A stretch of DNA of 63,942 nucleotides, the filler included, from Caldilineae bacterium (lineage in GTDB: Bacteria; Chloroflexota; Anaerolineae; DTLA01), in assembly GCA_037446815.1 (NCBI GenBank). It is 3 parts of 3 records of this genome, joined end to end, with 100 filler letters (N's around TTAATTAATTAA, not from the genome) between each part and the next. Parts side by side here need not be neighbours in the genome. Positions count along the whole stretch, not along the records: positions 1 to 28,885 come from JBBIHX010000025.1; 2 more parts are not named here. The stretch is one strand, 5' to 3'. Under the pieces are notes generated by a model. It was not told the DNA's origin. It did no database searches and saw only the letters and a list, made by a program, of their open reading frames with translations. Shown here one piece after another: positions 19,657 to 27,343 of the stretch. Numbering within the stretch: position 1 is the stretch's first letter; every line of letters starts with the position of its first letter. The position numbers were made by a program, and so were the translations under genes.

Positions 19657-20055
19657 CTAGAACTCGCAGGGCTTGCCCGCCCAGTGGCGCTCCACCAGGG
19701 CGTCCAGCACCCTGCGCGCGCCCTCAAAGTGCGCCTGCATGTCCTCGGATTCCACGCCCAGCGCCGCGCTGAACGTGGGCCAGTCCACGTAGGCCAGTTC
19801 GCCCACGCGCCGACCGTGGATGAGGTGGCACAGCGTGTCGGCGGTAACGAACATCTCCGGGTCGCACATGCCGCACTCAAACTTGACCGCCTCAATCCGC
19901 TCGTCCACGATGCGGGCGTAGAGGTACAGGTGGTCTTTGCTCCCGCGGCACGCCAGCGCATCGGCGCAGACAGTGGCATCGGCCAGCCGCCCGAGATACG
20001 GGCTTGGCCCCGCGAAGATTTCACGGAACTTCTGGATGATGATCTTGTCCGACAT
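19657..20055 (-). CDS. Divergent SufU/NifU-N-like protein
   Basis: CRGSKDHLYLY...VKFECGMCDP layout matches the IscU/SufU fold; directly downstream of the SufS-like gene. Confidence 0.65.
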   Translation of the reverse strand: MSDKIIIQKFREIFAGPSPYLGRLADATVCADALACRGSKDHLYLYARIVDERIEAVKFECGMCDPEMFVTADTLCHLIHGRRVGELAYVDWPTFSAALGVESEDMQAHFEGARRVLDALVERHWAGKPCEF

Positions 20056-20081
20056 ACCCCTTCACCGGAAAGCCCGCGCGT

Positions 20082-21353
20082 TCAGGACTCCCGCACGGGC
20101 AAGATGGGCAAGCCCTCAAACATGGGTTCGGAGAGGATTTCGCCCACCGTGTCCAGAAAGACCCTGCACTCGTCCAGCGTGTTGTACATGTACAGCGAGA
20201 CCCGCATGGCGGTAACGTTGCGGCTGATGCGGCGGGCATTGAACCATGCGTTGACGCAGAACATGCCGGCGCGCACCATGATGTTGCTGCGCTCGTCCAG
20301 CATGTCGGCCAGGAGTCCCAGTCCGGGCTTCTTGGTGAAGAGGCAGAGGATGCTGCCGCGCTTTTCCGGCTCTGGGGGGCCGATGATCTCAAACTCCTCA
20401 AACTGCGACAACCCGTCGGTGAGATACCGATTGAGCGCCACCTCGTGCTCGTGGAGGGCGTGCATGTCCAGGCGCTCCAGGTACTCCACCGCCGCGCCCG
20501 CGCCGATGCGCCCGGCGTAGTCCTGCAATCCGGCCTCGTACTTGTAGGGCGGGGGGAGGAACTCCGGCGGGCGGTCGGCCCACGTGTCGCGGATGGTGTC
20601 GCCGCCCACGAGGAAGTTGTCCATGTGGGCGTAGTGTTCGCGGCGCACGTACAGCGCGCCTACGCCGCTGGGACCGCACATCTTGTGCAGCGAGAAGGCC
20701 AGGTAGTCCACGCCCAGCGCCTGCACATCCACGCGCTGGTGCGGCACGCTCTGCGCCCCATCCAGCAGCACCTGCACCCCGCGCTCGTGGCACATGCGGA
20801 TAATCTCCTGCGCGGGGATTTCCACGCCGTCCAGGTTGGCCACGTGCCCGAAGGCGGCCAGTCGCACCCGCGGGTCTTTGAGCGCCGATTCCAGCGCATC
20901 CAGGTCAAAGGTGTTGTCCTCGCGCACGGGGACAACGCGGTGTTCTATGCCCATCTTAGCCGCCAGGTACTGCCACGGAACGAGGTTGGAATTGTGCTCC
21001 TTGTCGGTGGTGAGGACCACGTCCCCCCGCTGGAACGGGAACGTGCGGGCCACCAGGTTGATGCCCTCAGTGGTGTTGCGGGTAAAGATGATTTCGTCGG
21101 GGTGCGCGGCGTTGAGGAATCGGCGGATGCTTTCCCGCGCCGCTTCCACGCGCTCGTTAGTCTCCCGCGCGAACCAGTGATGGCTGCGGCCCGCGCCCCC
21201 ACAGGCGGGGAACTGGGTGTAGTAGGCGCACATGGCGTCAATCACGGGCCGCGGGCGCAGGGTCATGCAACTGTTGTCAAAGTATATCGGGGGCTTGCCG
21301 TTGCGCTCGCGGGCCAGCGGCTCAAAATCGGCACGGATTTGGCTCACGTCCAT
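20082..21353 (-). CDS. SufS-like cysteine desulfurase (class V PLP enzyme)
   Basis: IRADF, IYFDNS, FTRNTTEGIN, EHNSNLVPW, DGAQSVPH, FSLHKMCGPSG, RAGMFC. Confidence 0.88.
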   Translation of the reverse strand: MDVSQIRADFEPLARERNGKPPIYFDNSCMTLRPRPVIDAMCAYYTQFPACGGAGRSHHWFARETNERVEAARESIRRFLNAAHPDEIIFTRNTTEGINLVARTFPFQRGDVVLTTDKEHNSNLVPWQYLAAKMGIEHRVVPVREDNTFDLDALESALKDPRVRLAAFGHVANLDGVEIPAQEIIRMCHERGVQVLLDGAQSVPHQRVDVQALGVDYLAFSLHKMCGPSGVGALYVRREHYAHMDNFLVGGDTIRDTWADRPPEFLPPPYKYEAGLQDYAGRIGAGAAVEYLERLDMHALHEHEVALNRYLTDGLSQFEEFEIIGPPEPEKRGSILCLFTKKPGLGLLADMLDERSNIMVRAGMFCVNAWFNARRISRNVTAMRVSLYMYNTLDECRVFLDTVGEILSEPMFEGLPILPVRES

Positions 21354-21445
21354 CGTCTCATCTCCGAAACGTCGCGGCATGGCGTAGGCCCATTATAGCG
21401 CGCAGCGGCGCTCGCGGCAATATGGGCGGGGCGGGGCCTACCCCA

Positions 21446-21720
21446 TCACCCCCTGGCCCCCTTTTCCCCGCAGGCAGGGAAGAGGGGGAATGCCTGGCGC
21501 AACGTGCGACGCACCTGCGAGGTGCGTCGCACGTTTATTGGCGGTGGTGATACCCGTAGCGCCGGACTGAAGCCCCGCGCTACGGGCAGAAGCCCTTTCG
21601 GGGCTGACCGCCCGCAGGGCTTTGTGCCCTCAGCCCGATGCTTCAGCGTCGGGCGGCCCCACCCTTTGCCCAATCCGTGCCATCCGCGTCATCCGTGGAG
21701 GGACAACGTGCGTCGCGCGT
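21446..21720. repeat. Dense mosaic of four palindromic repeat types
   Basis: CACCCCCTGGCCCC hairpin; GTGCGACGCAC palindrome 21501-21535; GTAGCGCCGGACTGAAGCCCCGCGCTAC REP-like unit; CAATCCGTGCCATCCGCGTCATCCGTGG. Confidence 0.75.
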
Positions 21721-21725
21721 CATCG

Positions 21726-22511
21726 CTACAGGTATAACTCCGGCCGCAGACCCTGGGCCACGGGCAGCCGCCGCCGCGCCTTGGCTACCTCGCCAATGTC
21801 CACATCGGCGCGCAGGATTTCTTCCCCCTCGCCCGCCTCGGCCACGCGCTCGCCCCACGGCGAGGTAATCACCGAGCGCCCCGCCAGCGCCTCGCCGTTG
21901 CACAGGCCCACGCCATTGGCCCCGATGAGGAAGGCCAGGCTTTGCAGCGCCGTCGCCACGGTCAGGGTGCGCCAGTGCTCCCCCCGCGTCCGCGGCCACT
22001 GGGCGGCGACGAGCAGGAGTTCCGCCCCTTCGGCCATCATGCGCTGGAACAGGCCGGGGAAGCGCAGGTCATAGCAGATGGCGAGGCCCACGCGCCCGAG
22101 GCCCGTGGGCACGACGACAACCTCGCCGCCGGGGGTGAAGTAGGCCGGCTCGGCGAGCAGGGGAATCAGGTGCGCCTTGCGGTAGCGCGCCAGAAGTCTC
22201 CCCTCGGGCCCGGCCAGCGCCAGCGTGTTGTAGAACCGCTCGCCGTCGCGCTCGGCCATGCCCCAGGCCAGGTAGGCGCGGTACCGCGCGGCCAGGCCCG
22301 CCATCGTCGCGGTCGTTTCGCCGTCCATCGGCTCGGCCAGGGCAGGCAGGTTGGGCAGGTCATAGCCGCAGGTGGCGAGTTCCGGCAACACCACCACCTG
22401 CGCGCCCTCGTCCAAAGCCTGCCGCGCCAATTCGGCCATGCGGCGGCGGTTGCGGGCCAGGTCGCCCGCGGCAATCTCCATTTGCGCCGCGGCAACCCGA
22501 ACAACGGGCAT
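21726..22511 (-). CDS. Carbon-nitrogen hydrolase (nitrilase superfamily, YafV/Nit-like amidase)
   Basis: Catalytic triad motifs VVLPEL, YRKAHL, ICYDLRFP; GRSVITSPWG. Confidence 0.92.
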   Translation of the reverse strand: MPVVRVAAAQMEIAAGDLARNRRRMAELARQALDEGAQVVVLPELATCGYDLPNLPALAEPMDGETTATMAGLAARYRAYLAWGMAERDGERFYNTLALAGPEGRLLARYRKAHLIPLLAEPAYFTPGGEVVVVPTGLGRVGLAICYDLRFPGLFQRMMAEGAELLLVAAQWPRTRGEHWRTLTVATALQSLAFLIGANGVGLCNGEALAGRSVITSPWGERVAEAGEGEEILRADVDIGEVAKARRRLPVAQGLRPELYL

Positions 22512-22591
22512 AGTCCCCGCCTCCTCTCCAAGAACCGAGGCCAGGCCACAGGGGCAGCGCAGGTCGGCCCGCGCCCTGTGGCCCGTCGGTG

Positions 22592-24067
22592 CTACGGCGC
22601 GTACCGGAACGGATGCCGCGCCGCCTCTTTCTCCGCGACCAGTTCCTCGTAGGTCGGGCGGCCTTCCAGCGCCTTGCGAACCGCCGCCTTCATCGCCTTG
22701 AAGTTGTTGATGCGGACGCGGAAGCGGTTGCTGGCGCCCGGATGCACGAACACATTCGCGATGAGCACGATGTCGTCCAGCAGCGCCGCCGGCAGCGTGC
22801 CGTCCTTGACCAGCGCCTCCAGGGCCATGACAACGCCGCTCGCGGCGTGCTCGTACACGTTCTCGGCCTGGCGCTTCGTGCGCACCGTTACCGTGGGCAC
22901 GAGCAGCGTTCGCGGGCGCTCAAAGATGACACGCAGTTCGTGGCCCGGGCGCGGCTCGGCCAACGCCCGCGCGATGGCCTTCCCCACCGGGCCATCCTTG
23001 CGGCCGATGAGCAGGTCAATGTGGGCCAGTTCCGAGAACGGCGGGCCGGCGAACCCCTCGCCCACGAGGAGTGTCATGTCCCGCACCTCGCTCGGGGCGG
23101 CGGGCGGCTTTGGGAACTGGCTCGTTGCCGTCGGGCCGCCCGGGTACAGGTGGTACGTCATGGGGCGCGGCGGAATCTTGCCCAACTCCTCCAGGACGCC
23201 GCGCACCTCCTCGTAGTCCTCGCGGCGGAAGGCGTCGCCCTTCATCATGGGGTGGCGCGAATCGCCGATGGGAAGCCCCAGCAGTTGCAGCGCCTCCTTG
23301 ACCGCCTGGGTCGGGCCTTGCCGAGCCAGGATGCGGACGAATCGCTGGATGCGCGCCATGAGCGTCTGCGCCGTCGCCAGGTCGCCCGACAGGACGGCCT
23401 TGTAGATGGTCTGCCACACGTCGGGGATGACGTTGGCGCTGGCGAGGATGGCGCCGTCGGCCCCCATGGCCAACGCCGCCGGCACGATTTCGTCGTGGCC
23501 GGTGAAGATGCCGATCTTGCCGCGCACCTTCTCAAACACCGCCATCAGGTAGGGCATGTCGCCGCTGGAATCCTTGATGCCGACGACGTTCTCCAGATAG
23601 GCCATGCCCTCGGTCGTCCACCATTGATAATGGGTGCCCGCGCACTGGGGGATGTTGTACAGGATGAGCGGCACGCCCAGTTTGTTCAGCGCATCGTAGT
23701 GATCGTACACCTCGTTGAACGAAGGCTTCAGGTAGTAGGGCGCGGCAACCAGGGCAGCGGTAACGCCGGCATCCCGCGCCCACGCCGTCATCTTCACGGT
23801 CTCGCGGGTGGACGGGTAGGCGGTACCGGCGACGACCGGCACGCGCCCGTTGACCTCATCCAGGGCGATTTCAATGGCCCGCTTGCGCTCGTCCTCCAGC
23901 ATGTACACGAACTCGCCCGTGGTGCCGCAGGGGACGATGCCGTTGACATGGGGCAGGACGTAGCGGATGAGTTCTCGGTAGGCGGCCTCATCCACGCGGT
24001 CGTCCTTGGTGAAGGGCGTAACCAGGGCGGGGAAGATTCCTTTGAACCAGTCGGGTTTCTTGGACAT
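22592..24067 (-). CDS. DapA/NAL-family aldolase fused to a C-terminal formaldehyde-activating enzyme (Fae) domain (copy B)
   Basis: N-term ALVTPF, CGTTGEF, PYY, LYNIP, GIKDSSG; C-term (about 22592-23077) LVGEGFAG, ELAHIDLLIG, GPVG, VFVHP, NFKAMKAAVRKALEGRP, RHPF as in Fae. Confidence 0.85.
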   Translation of the reverse strand: MSKKPDWFKGIFPALVTPFTKDDRVDEAAYRELIRYVLPHVNGIVPCGTTGEFVYMLEDERKRAIEIALDEVNGRVPVVAGTAYPSTRETVKMTAWARDAGVTAALVAAPYYLKPSFNEVYDHYDALNKLGVPLILYNIPQCAGTHYQWWTTEGMAYLENVVGIKDSSGDMPYLMAVFEKVRGKIGIFTGHDEIVPAALAMGADGAILASANVIPDVWQTIYKAVLSGDLATAQTLMARIQRFVRILARQGPTQAVKEALQLLGLPIGDSRHPMMKGDAFRREDYEEVRGVLEELGKIPPRPMTYHLYPGGPTATSQFPKPPAAPSEVRDMTLLVGEGFAGPPFSELAHIDLLIGRKDGPVGKAIARALAEPRPGHELRVIFERPRTLLVPTVTVRTKRQAENVYEHAASGVVMALEALVKDGTLPAALLDDIVLIANVFVHPGASNRFRVRINNFKAMKAAVRKALEGRPTYEELVAEKEAARHPFRYAP

Positions 24068-24093
24068 GGGTCTCTCCTTCTACCTGATGTGCC

Positions 24094-25515
24094 TCACGCG
24101 CCGAATGCCTGGCGGATGGCAGCGCCTGCCGCGGCAAGCACCGCCTGGTACAGGGCGTGGCGATCCAGGGCCTTGGGATGCACGCTGGCCTGCACCAGCA
24201 TCACGTGCGTGTCCATGGCGGATTTGGGAATGACGCCCTCTTCCAGCGCGTCTACGATGGCGCGGGCTACTGCTGCCTGGGTCGGGCCGTAAATCATGTT
24301 GGCCTGGCGCAGGTTCCGCAGTTCCGCCGTCGGGACGATGAGCGTGGACGGTCGCACGGTGAGATTCGGCTCCAGGATGGTGGTCAGCGCCTCGTAGCCG
24401 TGGCGCGGGTAGGTGAGTTGCAGGGCGAACACTTCGCCGACGATGCCGTCCTTCGGCCCGGCGATGAGGTCTACTTGGACGTTTTCCGGCTCGGCGCCCG
24501 CCGCTCCGGTACCCACGCGCAGCGACTCTGCCCGCACCTGCTGGGGCGAGATGCCCAGCGCGCCGAACCGCTCGGCGACAGGCCCGGTCGGCGGCGCATA
24601 GGCGCTGTCTTCGGAGTCAATCTTGCCCAGGCGCTCCAGTTCCAACTGAATCTCGGCCCGGTCCTCGTGGGTGAGGCTTCCGCCCACCTTCAGCGGTCGC
24701 CGCGCCTGGCCCACGGGAATCCCCATCATGTTCAGCGCCTGCTTGACGGCCAGCCCGCCCCCGTAGCGGCAGAAGATGCGCGACAGTTTCTGCACGCTCC
24801 GTTGCAGGGCGCGGGCCTCCTCAATGCGGCCCTCCTGGACGGCGGCGTAGACCTTCTGCCACACCTCGGGGTAAACGTTGGCGCTGGCCAGAATCATGCC
24901 GGTGCACCCGCCCGCCAGCGCAGGCAGCACCACCTCGTCGTGGCCGATGAACACGTCAATGCGCCCCTGCACCATCTCCAAGATTTCCATGGTGTAGGTG
25001 AGGTTGCCCGATGAGTCCTTGATGCCCACGATGTTCGGGATCTCCGATAGGTCCTCCACGACGTTGCGCGGCAGGTAGGCGTCCACCACCTGCGGGATGT
25101 TGTACAGCAGGATGGGGAGGTCCACCGCCATCGCCACATCGTAGAAATGCTGGTAGATGCCCTTGTCGGACGGGTGGAGGAAGAAGGGCGTAACGACAAG
25201 GCAGGCGTTGGCTCCGGCATCTTTCGCGTTGCGGGCCAGGAGAATCGTCTCCTTGGTGCCGGCGGCGCCCGTTCCGGCGATGACCGGCTTGCGGCCCGCG
25301 ACTTCGTCCACGACGATGGAGATGACGCGCTTCTGCTCGTCGGGCGTCATGTACGGGAACTCGCCCGTGGTGCCGCAGGGGACAAACCCGTCCACATGGG
25401 GCAGGAGGTGGCGCACCAACGCGCGCAGCGCCGATTCGTCCACCTCTTCGTCTTTGGTAAATGGCGTTACCAGCGCGGGGAAGACGCCCCGCAGCCACGG
25501 CAGTTTTGCAGGCAT
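24094..25515 (-). CDS. DapA/NAL-family aldolase fused to a degenerate Fae domain (copy A)
   Basis: N-term ALVTPF, CGTTGEF, LYNIP, GIKDSSG; C-term (about 24094-24522) VDLIAGPKDG, EPNLTVRPSTLIVP, RQANMIYGPTQAAVARAIVDALEEGVIP. Confidence 0.85.
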   Translation of the reverse strand: MPAKLPWLRGVFPALVTPFTKDEEVDESALRALVRHLLPHVDGFVPCGTTGEFPYMTPDEQKRVISIVVDEVAGRKPVIAGTGAAGTKETILLARNAKDAGANACLVVTPFFLHPSDKGIYQHFYDVAMAVDLPILLYNIPQVVDAYLPRNVVEDLSEIPNIVGIKDSSGNLTYTMEILEMVQGRIDVFIGHDEVVLPALAGGCTGMILASANVYPEVWQKVYAAVQEGRIEEARALQRSVQKLSRIFCRYGGGLAVKQALNMMGIPVGQARRPLKVGGSLTHEDRAEIQLELERLGKIDSEDSAYAPPTGPVAERFGALGISPQQVRAESLRVGTGAAGAEPENVQVDLIAGPKDGIVGEVFALQLTYPRHGYEALTTILEPNLTVRPSTLIVPTAELRNLRQANMIYGPTQAAVARAIVDALEEGVIPKSAMDTHVMLVQASVHPKALDRHALYQAVLAAAGAAIRQAFGA

Positions 25516-25624
25516 TCAACAACCTCCGTAGTAGGGTTCGCGGGACGCGCGGGCCAGCACCGCCGCCCCATGCGGTCGGCAGCGCCGGAATCCCGCGCGC
25601 TCCTTGCGGATGACTTGTGCCGGG

Positions 25625-26575
25625 TTACGGCTTCGGGATGGCCAGGCCCTTGCAGCCCTGCTTGGAGAGGATGAGGTCGGGCTGGTTCTCCTGAATCAGG
25701 GTGTGGATAATCTCGGCGTACTTCACCTTCTCGCGGGCGAAGTCGGCGAGGGCCTGCGGGCTGGTCCACGGCTTGTACAGCGCCCCAGGCCCGGCGGCGC
25801 AGGCCGGCCCAGGCTCTATCTTGAAGTAGCACGGCGCGCAAACCCGCGCCATCTCGGCCCCGTCGTAGAACCGATTGTACCCGCCAAAGGACTCGGCCAG
25901 ATAGATGTGCAGGTCCATCGGGATGTCCACCGCCTGGCGGATGGAGGCCAGTTGCGGCAGGCTCAGGTCGCCGACGGGGTTGAACGTCCCCGCGCCCAGC
26001 GACTGGAGCACCTTGCCGCCGGCGGCCGAGGCGTGCCCCGCGTAGATGGAAACCTTGAACGTTACGTCCTCCGGAATCTCCCCGGCCTTGCGGAGTTCGT
26101 TCAGGAGCCAGAGGAGGCCCTCATCAATCACGAGAAAGCCGCGGAAGCCGATCTCAATGCACGTGAGAATGTCGGTGATGACGTAGCGGAGTTGATCGGA
26201 GCCGCGGAAGCGGAGGCCGGAGAGGCCGCCCTCGGGCGTTACCACTTGCCGACCCACATCCCACGCCGCACGCGGCCCAGGGGTGAGAATGACCTCCAAC
26301 TTGTTCTCGGCGGCGATTTGGGCGAAATCGCGGAGTTCCGCCCGATCCAGGAGCGTGGCGCCCATGACTACGGAGATGACACGGTGGATGGGGATTTTGC
26401 GCCGGTTCATCTCATCAACAAGCGCTTCCAGAACGTTGGGGCGCTCCACGCCGGAGATCTCCATGCGGTAGTGGGCGCCATCGGGGAAGCGCTTGGGGCT
26501 AGATGGAAGGTCGTAGGCGTCCCGTCCGGGGATGCCCACCCGCTCCATCATCTTGGCGACGCGATCCATATTCAT
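25625..26575 (-). CDS. U32-peptidase-like protein of unknown function
   Basis: SPKRFPDGAHYRMEISGVE and IGFRGFLVIDEGLL recall a family usually annotated U32; RBS AAGGAGG. Confidence 0.55.
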   Translation of the reverse strand: MNMDRVAKMMERVGIPGRDAYDLPSSPKRFPDGAHYRMEISGVERPNVLEALVDEMNRRKIPIHRVISVVMGATLLDRAELRDFAQIAAENKLEVILTPGPRAAWDVGRQVVTPEGGLSGLRFRGSDQLRYVITDILTCIEIGFRGFLVIDEGLLWLLNELRKAGEIPEDVTFKVSIYAGHASAAGGKVLQSLGAGTFNPVGDLSLPQLASIRQAVDIPMDLHIYLAESFGGYNRFYDGAEMARVCAPCYFKIEPGPACAAGPGALYKPWTSPQALADFAREKVKYAEIIHTLIQENQPDLILSKQGCKGLAIPKP

Positions 26576-26661
26576 TTGTCAACCCTCCTTCGCAATATTG
26601 ACTGGCCTCTTTGCCGCAAATTCCCGCGGAGGTAAGGAAAAGGAACACAACGTTCGGGCGC

Positions 26662-26690
26662 AGTATACCATGCCCGATGGGGTGTGTCAA
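26662..26690 (-). promoter_or_regulatory. Promoter of the U32-like / aldolase-Fae / amidase cluster
   Basis: Minus strand TTGACA-17-TATACT with extended TG. Confidence 0.65.
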
Positions 26691-26715
26691 TCTGAATAGG
26701 TGGGGGTGGCGTGCG

Positions 26716-26862
26716 CGGTTCCAAAGTCTGTTGGCATCTACCGTCATTCTGAGCGGCGAAGCCGCGAAGAATCTCGCTGCCCGAGATGCTTCGCCTTCGG
26801 CTCAGCATGACAGAGTGGGGAGGCGGCGCGCGGGGCAGACCAACACAAGATGGAACCGAATC
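26716..26862. mobile_element. MITE-like element with GTCATTCTGAGC...CTCAGCATGAC cargo
   Basis: CGGTTCCAAAGTCTGTTGG left end; CAAGATGGAACCGAATC right end. Confidence 0.65.
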
Positions 26863-26907
26863 AGGTGGGGGGGTGGCGTGCGCGGTTCTATTCTGTGTCG
26901 GTGAGCA

Positions 26908-27120
26908 AGGTGCGACGCACTTCCGGAAGTGCGTCGCACCTGTAAGAACCGCACCGATGCGCTACGCAGCATACCATGGGGGCGAGGGGTGTCAATCCGC
27001 GATGCGCGGGGCAGCACCAGAACCGCGAATAACACGAATCCACGCGAATGGGGAACGTGCGATGCACCTCCGAGGTGCGTCGCACGTTGTCTACCCACGG
27101 ATGACACGGATTGCACGGGT
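26908..27120. repeat. Palindrome cluster
   Basis: GTGCGACGCAC palindromes at 26908-26941 and 27054-27088; CGCGAATAACACGAAT and CCACGGATGACACGGAT units. Confidence 0.75.
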
Positions 27121-27162
27121 GGCGCGCATAGATGCCGTTCGGGTTCACGGCGCACCCGAAGT

Positions 27163-27314
27163 GGATTCGGTTCCAAAGTCCGTTGGTACCCGTCATTGCG
27201 AGGGCACGCAGTGCCCGAAGCAATCCCCGGGGCGTGGGATTGCTTCGCTTCGCTCGCAATGACACACGAGGCGAGTGCGCCTACGGTTCACCAACACAAA
27301 ATGGAACCGAATCC
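27163..27314. mobile_element. MITE-like element with GTCATTGCGAG...CTCGCAATGAC cargo
   Basis: Perfect 13-bp TIRs GGATTCGGTTCCA / TGGAACCGAATCC. Confidence 0.7.
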
Positions 27315-27343
27315 CGAAGCGGCAACCTGTCCGCACGCAGAGG

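Noticed and set aside
22592..25515. Calling the two genes plain dapA
   Set aside because: They lack the DHDPS Arg after YNxP, carry extra Fae-like domains and have no lysine-pathway neighbours
26700..27314. Repeat clusters as a CRISPR array
   Set aside because: No constant repeat with regular unique spacers and no cas genes; units are heterogeneous palindromes
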